A DNA stretch of 64,000 nucleotides from an uncultured Acidobacteriota bacterium (GCA_963777605.1 CAVZRV010000007.1:1024001-1088000), one strand, 5' to 3'. Numbered from the stretch's first letter, positions 35,401-45,887 are shown. A program made the numbers and translations. Notes: a model not told the origin generated them from the sequence alone.

Positions 35401-35459
35401 TTTTGCCGGTCCTTTTGGAAATTTCAAGGGTGAGGCAGCCCCACCATAGGAATTCTTGA
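32406..35459 (+). CDS. RND efflux permease subunit (AcrB/CusA superfamily)
   Basis: 1017 aa; NIMTLGGMAAAVGLIIDDTIV and RMRPIAMTT motifs. Confidence 0.93.
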   Translation: MNVTKWIQEHQRSILFLLLLLVAGGVLSALRLPVALFPHVNFPRIQVALDAGDRPADRMGVEVTFPVEEAVRAVPGVRRVRSTTSRGGADISINFEWGEDMMTAMLQVESAINQVLSTLPAGTRFTVRRMDPTVFPVLAYSLRSDSHTLVELRDIAVYQLRPILSTVNGVASIGVLGGAQEEYRVTVDRSKLASFGLSLGDVARALSASNVITAVGRLEQHYKLYLVVSDTRFRSLAQIRETVLRSGENGIVQLDDVANVSRETAPHWTRVTADGQEAVIFQVFQQPGGNTVQIAGELKSKLADFRSRLPSGIHIANWYDQSQLILASAGSVRDAVIIGVVLAALTLLLFLRNLKITLIAIIAVPSVLSAAALLLYVLHNSFNIMTLGGMAAAVGLIIDDTIVMLEHIIRRLRGDPNRHEGRVMIAVQEFTRPLVGSSASTVIVFTPLAFLSGVTGAFFKALSLTMASSLIISFFVAWLAVPLLANHWLGEKDARQREAGLVTHWLHGIYKRGMTPLLRYPWLVVLLIVPLALAGWFSYRHLGSGFMPSMDEGGFILDYRAPFGTSLTETDRLLRQVEQILKATPAVQTYSRRTGIQLGGGITEANEGDFFVRLKPFPREPIDSVINQVRSRIEQSVPGLQVEMAQLMEDLIGDLTSVPQPIEIKLFSDDSSELYKMAPKVAREIEKVQGVVDIKDGIVLAGDAIDLQVDRVKASLEGVDPESVTQTLFSYLSGSVTTRVQKGPKMVGVRVWIPKTARSTEGNIEELLLHAPDGHLFPVKRVATVSVINGQRQIMREDLKRMVPVTARISGRDMGSVVRDIKQVLQRPGMFPQSVYYDFGGLYAQQQTAFAGLLIVIMAAILLVFLLLLFLYEQFRVALAILFTTLTAMTAVFIGLWLTGTQMNISSMMGMTMIVGIVTEVGIFYVSEYYDLPGDTTRATVLIEAGVNRMRPIAMTTCAAILALLPLALGIGQGAAMQQPLAIAIISGLLVQLPLVLVLLPVLLEISRVRQPHHRNS

Positions 35460-35518
35460 TATTCGAGGTGATGTGGAGTCGATAGAAGGAAACGAAAAGC
35501 CCATCTCGAGGCTTCTGC

Positions 35519-36004
35519 TCAGTCAACCAAAGTTTCGGCAGTGGGACTCTTGAAGGAAATCCACAGCGGGTTCAACCATCCGATGATGGTTCCGTAGATC
35601 AAATGGAGGATCAACGTAACGAGCAAGTATTTCGGGCCTGGCGCCAGATGGAAAGGATCGTCTGGAGCGAGTTGACCGGCCTCTCCGAATCCGAAAAGAC
35701 CCCATCCTATGATGGGACTGTAAATGAGCATAAGGGCGAGCCAAAGACACAAGGCCAAACCAATCCCTCTGGCGATGTTGGTCTTCTCTTGAAAGAGCTG
35801 TACGAGCAGAATTGACCAGAGGGCTCCATACCCTAAATGGACGAGTAAGGCGAGAGGGCCGACATTCACTCCCAGTCGCTGAAGAAATGCCGCCGACGGG
35901 GTGATATTGAAGGGCGCCATTCCACTGTGGATTCCCAGCATCATGATGATGAACATCACGACACTTCCGACAATTCCGACTAGAGCCGGTTTCAACTTCT
36001 GCAC
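35519..36004 (-). CDS. Four-TM membrane protein with two His-containing helices
   Basis: Hydrophobic helices containing VHLGYG and LHLIYG; GGAG RBS. Confidence 0.65.
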   Translation of the reverse strand: MQKLKPALVGIVGSVVMFIIMMLGIHSGMAPFNITPSAAFLQRLGVNVGPLALLVHLGYGALWSILLVQLFQEKTNIARGIGLALCLWLALMLIYSPIIGWGLFGFGEAGQLAPDDPFHLAPGPKYLLVTLILHLIYGTIIGWLNPLWISFKSPTAETLVD

Positions 36005-36672
36005 TTGAGTCTCCCTTGCAAATTTGTGCGGGGCAATTAATAACTACCATACACGCTATTTGAGAAGAGATAAAAGCGAGCATGGACAGGGCGCTCTTCT
36101 GTCCACGAGAAGTCCCAGGACGGTAGCGCGTTCCCAACTCCTGCTACGGCGGAACGACATAGCCGAATAGCATTGGTGATCGTTGATTTTTGAGTCGTGT
36201 CCTGGAGGCGAAAGCGCGGGATCCGGAGGATTGTTGAGATCCCGATCATTTCGTCCCGCAGAATGGGACTTGGGTTTGGTGAGACGCCGGAAGGAGATAC
36301 CGTCACTGAAGCTGGCACGGTTCGGCCAGTTGCCTCGCGCCCGGCAACAGAGGGGGGACCGCGCGATCGAATGCCCGGTGAGAGGTAACGGAAGCTCTCG
36401 CTTCCTGACCGTGCCCGAACCGTTCCGCGGTGGGCAAGAGCGGAAGCTGCCGCTTCCGACACTCCATATTAAAGTGGCGTTCTATCCACACCCACGTTGC
36501 TTGTACCGGCATCCGGCTTTCCTCCACCTTAACAGCCGTCAGAGAATCACCCGCCGCACCTGTACCGGGCAAAATGGTTGAGGCCTTGTGCCCCCCTGGC
36601 GCCTGTTGCGATTTCTCGTCAGGTGCCCGGGAGCGCAAGGCCCCGTGGAGTCACTTGTTGCAGCGACTGAGG

Positions 36673-38001
36673 TCAGGGTTGAACCGGTGAGTCGGCCTGG
36701 ACAGCGACCTGCTGGGTGGTTGTGTTGCCGACAGCGGCTTCCGGCCCGCGTTTTCCAACACCGTCCCAAGCCAGGCCAAGGGCCAGCATGAAGATCGCGG
36801 CGGCTCCCGCGAGGACCCACTTCATGACCCCGAGATTGGATCGACGGAGTTGTACCACGGCCGGGAGTTCATCGGTCAGATCCTCGGGAGTTGCTTCCGG
36901 GAAGATGTCCAGGTAGCGAACCGCCAAGGCGAAGATGAGGCACCCGATCCCGACGATGCTCAGGGTGACAGCCGCCTCGGACAGGCTGGGCATGTAGGAG
37001 AAGCCGGCTGCCCGCTCCATCCCGGTGATGCTGACGTTCAGGCGGTTGAAGATGAAGCCCGAGATCACCATCAGGGACGACACGAAGAGGCCCAGCTGGT
37101 TCTGGCGAATTTTGGGGATGGCCAGGAAGATGATCGGAGCAATGACCCCCAGGATCATTTCCGCCTGGAAGAGTCGGGCTTCGTAGTTGCTTCCCAGTGC
37201 CAGCGGGACGACGCCGCGATGGATCAGGTCCTGCACGCGCAGAACCAGAAACATCGACAGCACCCAGACGATGACCTTCCCCAGGTCGCTCAGCAGGGGA
37301 AGCTCAAGCCTTCGGCCGAAAGCGCGAAAACTGAGGAACGATTCGAAGATCGTCATCGCACAACCCAGCGCCACCGCCGACACGAAGAAGAAGAAGGGCA
37401 GCAGCGGGGAGTACCAGAGCGGGTAAAGCTTGCCGGGGACGATCAGGTAAAGCGTCCCCAGGGACGATTGGTGCAGCGAAGAGAGGACCACGCCCGCAAT
37501 GACGAGCGGGATCATCAGGCTCTTGACGACTTTGAGCGGCTTGGCCCAACCGAGCTTTTGAAAGACAGCCGGGCTGAACTCGAGGGCGAGGACCGTACTG
37601 TAGAGCATGACGCACCAGCCCACCTCGAACATGACCGAGCGCGGATTCCACATGATGAGCGGATGCCAGATCCGGTCGCTGCGGCCCAGGTCGAACATGA
37701 TTGCCACGACGACCAGTGAATAGCCGAGAAACGCGGTGAGGATCGTCGGGCGAATGATAGGGCGAAATCGCTCGATGTGGAAAACGTAGACGATCGCACT
37801 GATCGTGAATCCGCCCGCCGCCAGGGCGACCCCGCAGAGGACATCGAAGCCGATCCAAAGTCCCCAGGGGAACTGGTCGCTCAGGTTCGTACTGGCCCCA
37901 AGGCCGTGAAAGAACCTCAAATAGGTGCTGTAGAGTCCGCCAATCAGAACTCCGACCAGGACAATCCGCCAGAAAGTAGGTTTTGGAAGACTGATATTCA
38001 T
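36673..38001 (-). CDS. NrfD/PsrC (HybB-like) membrane quinol oxidoreductase subunit
   Basis: PWGLWIGFDV, DLGR, SVMFEV and LHQSSLG motifs. Confidence 0.9.
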   Translation of the reverse strand: MNISLPKPTFWRIVLVGVLIGGLYSTYLRFFHGLGASTNLSDQFPWGLWIGFDVLCGVALAAGGFTISAIVYVFHIERFRPIIRPTILTAFLGYSLVVVAIMFDLGRSDRIWHPLIMWNPRSVMFEVGWCVMLYSTVLALEFSPAVFQKLGWAKPLKVVKSLMIPLVIAGVVLSSLHQSSLGTLYLIVPGKLYPLWYSPLLPFFFFVSAVALGCAMTIFESFLSFRAFGRRLELPLLSDLGKVIVWVLSMFLVLRVQDLIHRGVVPLALGSNYEARLFQAEMILGVIAPIIFLAIPKIRQNQLGLFVSSLMVISGFIFNRLNVSITGMERAAGFSYMPSLSEAAVTLSIVGIGCLIFALAVRYLDIFPEATPEDLTDELPAVVQLRRSNLGVMKWVLAGAAAIFMLALGLAWDGVGKRGPEAAVGNTTTQQVAVQADSPVQP

Positions 38002-38768
38002 TTCGACAACTCCCCTCCCTCTGCGAGGCGAACTTCTTCACGGCGTTTGGTAATCCACCAGATGCCACCGAGGAATACCGAAGCAGCAACAGAGAACCGG
38101 GGTATCTTCTCAAGAACCGCCGCGGTCAGCTCAGGCAGCGGCTCGTTTCCAAGATTTACCGGGAAGCCGAGTTCTGCGGGTGAAACGTCTGAAATCACCA
38201 GCACTGATGTGCCACCGATTTCATGTTCCCCGTAGATGTGGTTGTAGTAGGTGTCGGGATCGGCCGCGATGCGGGACTTGGCTTCTGCCAGCATCTCGTC
38301 GCGGTCCCCGAACATGGTCGCGCCGGCCGGACAGGCTTCAGCGCAGGCGGTGGGTTGGCCCTGAGCCAGCCGGTCCGCACACATCGTGCACTTCCTGACC
38401 TTGGGGAGCCGAGCTTGCCAGGTGTACTTGGGTACGTCGAACGGGCAGGCCTGGACGCAATACCGGCAACCCATGCAACGGTCTTCGTGATAGACCACCG
38501 GACCCGCGGCCGTCTTTTCCAGTGCTCCAACCGGGCAGACGGAAACGCACGTGGGATCGACGCAATGCATGCACATTCTGCGGAGGTAGCGGTCGTCCTC
38601 GTCGACGAGAATCGTAAAGGTGTTTTCAGAGAGATGATCGTTCAGAAAGTCATCCGAAGTCTCAGGTAGTCCGTTCTTTTCCTTGCAGGCCTCGTAGCAG
38701 GAACCGCAACCGACACACTGAGTCGTGTCGATCAGCAGGGCCTTTGGGCTTGAACCAGTGGTAGCCAT
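37998..38768 (-). CDS. 4Fe-4S dicluster protein (HybA-like) with C-terminal TM
   Basis: CVGCGSC, CMHCVDPTC, CMGCRYC and KCTMC motifs; no Tat signal. Confidence 0.9.
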   Translation of the reverse strand: MATTGSSPKALLIDTTQCVGCGSCYEACKEKNGLPETSDDFLNDHLSENTFTILVDEDDRYLRRMCMHCVDPTCVSVCPVGALEKTAAGPVVYHEDRCMGCRYCVQACPFDVPKYTWQARLPKVRKCTMCADRLAQGQPTACAEACPAGATMFGDRDEMLAEAKSRIAADPDTYYNHIYGEHEIGGTSVLVISDVSPAELGFPVNLGNEPLPELTAAVLEKIPRFSVAASVFLGGIWWITKRREEVRLAEGGELSK

Positions 38769-38832
38769 TTGAATGCCGTCTCCTTCCAGGTCGTTATGAT
38801 GGGATCTTCGTGCAGAGACTGATACACGAGCT

Positions 38833-39510
38833 CTACATCTTCAGGAACTGAGTTTCGAACTCCGCAACCGTTGAAGAGTCGACGTGACGAAGTGCACCAG
38901 CGGCAAGGGTTCCACCATCGGGCATCGCCGGAACGGCGACAAGTTCGTCTACCCGCGGCGAATCAATCAGGAACGAGCGCATCCTGGCCAGTTCCGACTG
39001 GAGCCACTCAACGGCATTCTTGCCGAGACGAAATGCTCCAATTTCTTTCTGCATAGAGGACGGTTCGATCTCGCAGATCCAGTGCCGGTAAGGCGAGGAA
39101 CTGATAACCGGCGGTTCTTCAGCCGCTTCCTGGTTAATGCGGGTAACGGTCCCGGCAACAGGACTGGCGAAGCGAATCTGGCGATCGCCAAACTGTGCCG
39201 AAAAGAGGCCTTCTCCGGTCTTCATCGAAGAACCGGCCTGGGGAAGGCTGAAGCCGGACAATTTGCCAGTCAGCCCGGTTATCAGGGAATCGATCCCGAT
39301 CCTGACCTTTCCATCTTCACGAAGGGCAACCCAGGTGTGGCCGGGGGAAAGGAACAGGCCGCCGGGGACTTCCACTCCACCCAGAGTGAAGGGTTCAAGC
39401 GCCCTCTCCGGTGAGGCAGCAGCCTCGCGTTGCCGATCCTGGACAAACTGAACAACGCCGTCGGCCAAAACAAAACCAATGAGCGTGAGCACAACAAGTA
39501 ATGCAACCAT
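38833..39510 (-). CDS. Membrane-anchored glycine cleavage H-like protein
   Basis: N-terminal TM; GHTWV, VRIGID, SPVAGTVTRIN and SPY..WICEIEP motifs. Confidence 0.82.
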   Translation of the reverse strand: MVALLVVLTLIGFVLADGVVQFVQDRQREAAASPERALEPFTLGGVEVPGGLFLSPGHTWVALREDGKVRIGIDSLITGLTGKLSGFSLPQAGSSMKTGEGLFSAQFGDRQIRFASPVAGTVTRINQEAAEEPPVISSSPYRHWICEIEPSSMQKEIGAFRLGKNAVEWLQSELARMRSFLIDSPRVDELVAVPAMPDGGTLAAGALRHVDSSTVAEFETQFLKM

Positions 39511-39575
39511 TCAACACCTCCAAAATATGTCCGTTCTCCGTGGCAGACGGAATACATTCACCGCAGTTCTTACTC

Positions 39576-39591
39576 GCAAGATCCTTGCCAA
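39576..39591 (-). promoter_or_regulatory. Sigma54 (-24/-12) promoter
   Basis: Minus strand reads TTGGCAAGGATCTTGC (GG-N10-GC), about 65 bp upstream of the GcvH-like start. Confidence 0.7.
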
Positions 39592-39687
39592 ACTTGCGGT
39601 GAATTTCTGGAATTCGATTAATGCTTATGGCGCAAGGGTTTACGGGGGTGGGGTGATGAAAAATTAGCCGCCCGGAAGAATCCAGGT

Positions 39688-39805
39688 TGGAGAGATATTC
39701 AACACCGCTCTGCCCGGAGCTTTCCAGTGGAGCGTAAGTGGCCTGTTATCAGCCGCTTGCAGCGTATGTTGAAAATCTAAACACTGACTGTGAGGATTCT
39801 CAGCA
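39688..39805. promoter_or_regulatory. Three related 17-bp boxes, putative enhancer-binding-protein sites
   Basis: 39688-39704 (rc TGTTGAATATCTCTCCA), 39767-39783 (TGTTGAAAATCTAAACA) and 39789-39805 (rc TGCTGAGAATCCTCACA). Confidence 0.5.
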
Positions 39806-39816
39806 GTTTGGCGATC

Positions 39817-41236
<1,420 letters not shown>

Positions 41237-41325
41237 GATGACTCCCTGCGGATTGTTGAACCGGACTCGAATTCCCTGCTTCCAGCCAACGTTAGCAAGT
41301 CAGAGTCCGGAAAGCCAGTTGTCAA

Positions 41326-41354
41326 CATGACTTCTGGGCATGACTTCTGGGCAT
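41326..41354 (+). repeat. 13-bp tandem duplication in a divergent intergenic region
   Basis: CATGACTTCTGGG x2 followed by CAT. Confidence 0.8.
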
Positions 41355-41483
41355 TCCCGATGACAAGCCGCGGGAGCATCTGCTAGTGTTCAGAAGGGTG
41401 AGGGATCCATCGGGAACTCGAGCGGGCGGGGGCAATCATCTGCCCGGCGGTATCGTGCCGGGACCAAAAAGGACGGAAGATCG

Positions 41484-42323
41484 ATGACCAGCCGGGAATT
41501 GGGCCGACAAGCGGGACTACTGATCGGGTTGCTGTTTTGGTGGTCCGGCAGCATGGGAGGCCTTTATGCTGCTGAACTCAAGCAAGAGACGCTGGACGCG
41601 TTCAAAAAGTACGTGGAGGCGGCCGAGGCCAACATGCAGCTTCGGGTCCGGGGCGACAAACCGTTTCTTCTCGTCGACGCGCAGCCGGAGAAGCGGAAAG
41701 AAGTTCTCACCGGGCAGGTGCCGATCGAACATCTCAATGAGCTGCCGGAGTTCGACGTTCCCGACGGAATGATCCACGACTGGGTCGGATCGGTATTCAT
41801 CCCGGCGACCCCGGGGCAGGTTCTCGAGGTTCTCCGGGACTACGATCACCACAAGGACATCTACCCGGAGGTCATCGATTCAAGGACGATCGAATCCTCA
41901 CCCGACAAGCTCACAGGGTATCTCCGGCTCAAGAAGAAGAAGGTGATCACGGTAGTCCTGGATACCGAGCACGAGGTGTTCTACCAGCAGCTTCCCGAGG
42001 GGCGCTGGTACATCCATTCGTACAGCACCAGGATCAACGAGATCTCCGATTTTGGCGAGAAGACCCAGAAAATCCTTCCGGCCGGAGAGGGACATGGCTT
42101 TCTTTGGGAATTGTATGCGTACTGGTTTCTGGAGCCGATGGAGGGGGGCACGATCGCCGAGTGTCGCGCAATCAGCTTGACCCGCGATATTCCGTTCGGG
42201 TTGGGCTGGATCATCAAGCCCTTTGTTACCGCGCTGCCGCGGGAATCATTGACCCAGACCCTGGCGGCTACCCGCGACGCCGTAATCAAGCGGGAACAAG
42301 CGACCTCAAGTCCAAAAGAGTGA
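41484..42323 (+). CDS. Secreted conserved hypothetical protein
   Basis: Signal peptide; GMIHDW..DYD..GFLW.L..YW..ISLTRDIP motifs; host-like codon usage. Confidence 0.75.
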   Translation: MTSRELGRQAGLLIGLLFWWSGSMGGLYAAELKQETLDAFKKYVEAAEANMQLRVRGDKPFLLVDAQPEKRKEVLTGQVPIEHLNELPEFDVPDGMIHDWVGSVFIPATPGQVLEVLRDYDHHKDIYPEVIDSRTIESSPDKLTGYLRLKKKKVITVVLDTEHEVFYQQLPEGRWYIHSYSTRINEISDFGEKTQKILPAGEGHGFLWELYAYWFLEPMEGGTIAECRAISLTRDIPFGLGWIIKPFVTALPRESLTQTLAATRDAVIKREQATSSPKE

Positions 42324-42381
42324 ACGCGAACGCCAAAACCGGATCACCAGGGAAGTCACATCCTGCCCGAAACCCGAAACC

Positions 42382-43296
42382 CTACCGCAATTCCTCGAGC
42401 AACGCTTCGGCCAACCGGGCCAGGGTCACGGTGGCTTCGTTGTCCGGAGTCCAACGCCGGTCCTCGGAATCCTGGGCAAACAGGCTCAGAACGAAATCGC
42501 CATTCGGTGAAGACACCACGGCGATGTCGTTGCGGACCCGGTCGAGGGCACCGGTCTTGTTGGCCACCTTGTAGCCCTCCCACCGGGGGCCGACCAGGTT
42601 TCGGGGAACCTGCTCGAGGTCGCGTTGTTTTCCCAGGATCTCCAGCATTTTCGAGGTGGACTCCCGGTCTCCCAGTTCCCCTTTCTTGAGCCGCTCCATG
42701 ATAGCCAGCATGTCGGCGGCAGTCGTCACGCCGAGTCCGTAGTTCGCCCGTTCCTCGGGAAGCCCCTCGGGCGCGGGACGAAACACCTTCTTGTTGAGCC
42801 AGGTGTCGCGAAACCCGAAAGCGTGCATGCGCTGGTTCACAGAGTCAATTCCCACCTGATCGATCACCATGTTGGTGGCCGAATTGTCACTCAGTACGAT
42901 CATCAGGGTAATCGCGTCGAGAATAGTGAATTCCAACCCGTCCGAAAGATCCTGCAGGATTCCGGCACCGGGCACCCGGTTCGAGTTGTCGAAGTGGATC
43001 CGCTCCTGCAGGTTGAGGCGGCCTTCGTGGGCCTGCCAAAAGGCCTCGATCATGATCGGGACCTTGATCACGCTCGCCGTCTGCACCCGGCTATCCGGCC
43101 GGTAGGCAAGCGTACGTCCCGAGGTAAGGTTTTTCGCGGCAAAATACAGTTGACCGTGAAATCCCTGGACGATTGCCTGAATGGGTGACGGCAGCTCCTC
43201 CTTCAGCGATGCCCTTGAAAGGCTCTCTCCAAGCGTGGCCGGAACGAAAAAGCCGACCAGGACGAGAATCGCGATGCTTCGAGTCGATGCACTCAT
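42382..43296 (-). CDS. Class A beta-lactamase-related serine hydrolase
   Basis: ASVIK (SxxK), SDN and KTG motifs; signal peptide. Confidence 0.88.
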   Translation of the reverse strand: MSASTRSIAILVLVGFFVPATLGESLSRASLKEELPSPIQAIVQGFHGQLYFAAKNLTSGRTLAYRPDSRVQTASVIKVPIMIEAFWQAHEGRLNLQERIHFDNSNRVPGAGILQDLSDGLEFTILDAITLMIVLSDNSATNMVIDQVGIDSVNQRMHAFGFRDTWLNKKVFRPAPEGLPEERANYGLGVTTAADMLAIMERLKKGELGDRESTSKMLEILGKQRDLEQVPRNLVGPRWEGYKVANKTGALDRVRNDIAVVSSPNGDFVLSLFAQDSEDRRWTPDNEATVTLARLAEALLEELR

Positions 43297-43946
43297 CGGC
43301 TGGCCAGAATGATTCCATCCCCCCGGCCTCCCCCGCTCTCGTTGGCGCGGGCGTCGGGGAACTGGCGAACTGCAAACTTCAAGTAAGCACGGTGATCGGA
43401 AGCGGTTTCCCGGAAATGCCCGACCAGGGCGACCAGAAATCCAACAGCGGAGACGATGGCGGAAACCGGGAGATTCGCCATTTCTTTTCGTGCCGCTTCG
43501 CGCAGTTCCTCAATCTTCTCGGTGAGAGTGCGGGCGAAGGACTGAAGGAATGGGTTGGAGGAACGGTGCTCGTAGATGATCCCCCGGCTTTCCGTTTGGA
43601 AGTTCTCCTGAAGCAGGGAAAGAGTGTCGAGCACATCCTGGTCAGTCAGCGAGCGGACCTGGCAGGCATATTCGGCCAGGTAATACTCGATCTCCTTGAT
43701 CAGGGGAAGCTGGCTTTCCAGGGCGGTCAGTAACTGGGAGCGACGGGTAGGCTCGTCGATCGACTCGAAGAGCGAGTTGTAGGCGCGTTTCCACTCGTGC
43801 TCGATCCCAACTCCGAGGTAGCTGCAATCGTTGGGGCAGGGAATCTCCAGAACCCGCTTCTCGCCACAGCACTGGGTGCAGATGTTTTGCCCCATTGCGG
43901 GACAGGGACGCTTGCCTTTGCGCTGATTACAGGACGGACATTTCAC
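43293..43946 (-). CDS. Hypothetical protein with Cys-rich N-terminus
   Basis: CPSC..RPCPA..ICTQCCG..CPNDCSYL. Confidence 0.75.
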   Translation of the reverse strand: MKCPSCNQRKGKRPCPAMGQNICTQCCGEKRVLEIPCPNDCSYLGVGIEHEWKRAYNSLFESIDEPTRRSQLLTALESQLPLIKEIEYYLAEYACQVRSLTDQDVLDTLSLLQENFQTESRGIIYEHRSSNPFLQSFARTLTEKIEELREAARKEMANLPVSAIVSAVGFLVALVGHFRETASDHRAYLKFAVRQFPDARANESGGGRGDGIILASR

Positions 43947-43961
43947 GGGACCAGTATACTT

Positions 43962-43996
43962 GCGAAGTGCGAATTACGAAGTGCGAAGTGCGAATT
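43962..43996 (+). repeat. Heptamer tandem repeat (RCGAAKT x5)
   Basis: GCGAAGT GCGAATT ACGAAGT GCGAAGT GCGAATT. Confidence 0.85.
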
Positions 43997-45015
43997 CATA
44001 GGATCAGCATTGCGTCGCCGTAGCTGTAGAACCGGTACCGCTCGCGGACGGCTGTCTCATAGGCGCATCGAATCAGTTCGGTTCCCGCGAAAGCAGATAC
44101 CAGCAGGAGCAGTGTCGACCCCGGCAGGTGGAAGTTGGTGACCAGCCCGTCGATGGCCGTGAACCTGAACCCAGGGTAGATGAACAGGTCGGTGGTGCCG
44201 CTGGCCTCGACAATCTTCCCGTGAGCTTGGGCCACATGCTCGAGGGTTCGGGTCGTGGTCGTTCCCACGGCGATCACGCGCTTTCCAGAATCCTGCTGCC
44301 CGCGGATGGCGGCAGCGGCGTCGGCAGCCAGGGTGAACGGCTCGGCATCCATCCGGTGATCCTCGATCCGCTCGGCCTCCAGAGGCCGAAAGGTTCCATA
44401 CCCGACATGGAGGGTGATCTTGCAGTGACGAATCCGGGCCAGGAGTGCGTCGGTGAAGTGGAGGCCTGCGGTCGGAGCCGCCACCGAACCGGTTTGCCGG
44501 GCGAAAACCGTCTGATACCTGTGACGGTCTTCGTCCGTTGCCGCTCTGCGAATGTAAGGAGGCAAAGGAACTTGCCCGAGCCGGTCCAGTTCAGCCCAGA
44601 ACCGGCTTCCTCCAGGGGAGAATCGGAGGATCCGCTTCCCCAGTTCGCCGACTGTTTCGACGACGGCTTCGAACCTCCCCTGCTCGAGGATCAACCGGGT
44701 CCCCGGGGGGCATCGGCGCGCCGGGCGGATCAGGGCCTCCCAGCAGGCCGCATCGACCGGCTGCAACAGAAGAATCTCGATTGCCGTCCCGTTCGGCTTG
44801 GTTGCGCGGAGTCGAGCCGGCAAGACCCGGGTATCGTTGAGTACCAGGAGATCATCCGGGAGGAGCAGCGCCGGCAGTTCGTGAAAGCGCTGGTGCGAAA
44901 TATCCCCCGTCGCCCGGTTGAGAACCATGAGGCGGGAGTCTTCGCGCCGTTCCGACGGGAACTGGGCAATCAGCTCCTCCGGCAAGCGGTACTCGAAGTC
45001 CGATCGATGCGGCAC
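43996..45015 (-). CDS. queA: S-adenosylmethionine:tRNA ribosyltransferase-isomerase
   Basis: PLPPYI, YQTVFA, AAPTAGLHF, TNFHLPGS and YRFYSYGDAM motifs. Confidence 0.96.
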   Translation of the reverse strand: MPHRSDFEYRLPEELIAQFPSERREDSRLMVLNRATGDISHQRFHELPALLLPDDLLVLNDTRVLPARLRATKPNGTAIEILLLQPVDAACWEALIRPARRCPPGTRLILEQGRFEAVVETVGELGKRILRFSPGGSRFWAELDRLGQVPLPPYIRRAATDEDRHRYQTVFARQTGSVAAPTAGLHFTDALLARIRHCKITLHVGYGTFRPLEAERIEDHRMDAEPFTLAADAAAAIRGQQDSGKRVIAVGTTTTRTLEHVAQAHGKIVEASGTTDLFIYPGFRFTAIDGLVTNFHLPGSTLLLLVSAFAGTELIRCAYETAVRERYRFYSYGDAMLIL

Positions 45016-45032
45016 AGGATTCCGTCCGCCAG

Positions 45033-45887
45033 TTACGGCTGAGCCTCGTCGAGCGGGCGGATCTCGATCCTCCGGAAGAAGACTTCGGCACCTTCCGACT
45101 GGAACATGATCTTGCCGCTGTTGAACGTCGAATCGGTGAGGTGGTTTACTTCGATTCCGTTGACGAAGTTCGTAATCTCGTTACCGCGGCAGATTACGTC
45201 CAGCCGGGTCCACTGTCCCCACGGGCTTTCCACGTCAGCGATACCTCTGACGCCGATTACGTCCATCCAATCCGGGTCCCTTCCGAACCAGTTGATGCGG
45301 CCGCTGTCGAATTCCCGAACCTGTCCGCGCGGATCGTATACCCACTCACCGTCACGGTCCTGGCGCACGGTTGCCTTTGCTTTCGGAGAAAGGCGGGTAC
45401 CGTCTTCCTCGAATCCCGCGACCAGAATGATGTCGGCAATTCCGCCCTCGATGAGCTGGGTCTCGATCGACCGCATCCAGGGTCCGTTGAAGTCCTTGCC
45501 CGTGTTGCCGTCCTTACCCCGACAGTGGAGGAGGATGCCGCTGTCACGGCTGTGCGTCTTGCGATTTCCCCAAGTCAGAAATCCCCAGCGCATCTCGACG
45601 ATGAGGTGATAATCGCGGTACTCGTCCTTGGTCGTAAAGCCGCCCCATTCTTCCCCACTTACCCGGATTGCAGGGGCGCCGTCGATCCGGTCAACCACGG
45701 TCACGACCCGCATCGGATCTTCGTAGTGGTGGTTAACGATCCATCGGTAGAAGCCGTCCAGGTTCTTTCCGTTGAAAAGGACGATCGGCTTCGTCGGTGT
45801 GATCGGGGCAGCCGTTGCCGGCAGCCAGAAACAGGTTAGCAGGGCAGCAATGAAGACAGTCTTTTTGAGCATGGTGATAGGGTCCAT
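45033..45887 (-). CDS. DUF1080 (3-keto-disaccharide hydrolase family) secreted protein
   Basis: LFNGKNLDGF, RDSGILLH and GKIMFQSEGAEVFFR motifs. Confidence 0.85.
   Translation of the reverse strand: MDPITMLKKTVFIAALLTCFWLPATAAPITPTKPIVLFNGKNLDGFYRWIVNHHYEDPMRVVTVVDRIDGAPAIRVSGEEWGGFTTKDEYRDYHLIVEMRWGFLTWGNRKTHSRDSGILLHCRGKDGNTGKDFNGPWMRSIETQLIEGGIADIILVAGFEEDGTRLSPKAKATVRQDRDGEWVYDPRGQVREFDSGRINWFGRDPDWMDVIGVRGIADVESPWGQWTRLDVICRGNEITNFVNGIEVNHLTDSTFNSGKIMFQSEGAEVFFRRIEIRPLDEAQP

Noticed and set aside
36037-36672. Possible frameshifted cytochrome c tail of the NrfD protein, or small ORFs
   Set aside because: I saw no CxxCH motif or credible ORF downstream of the stop
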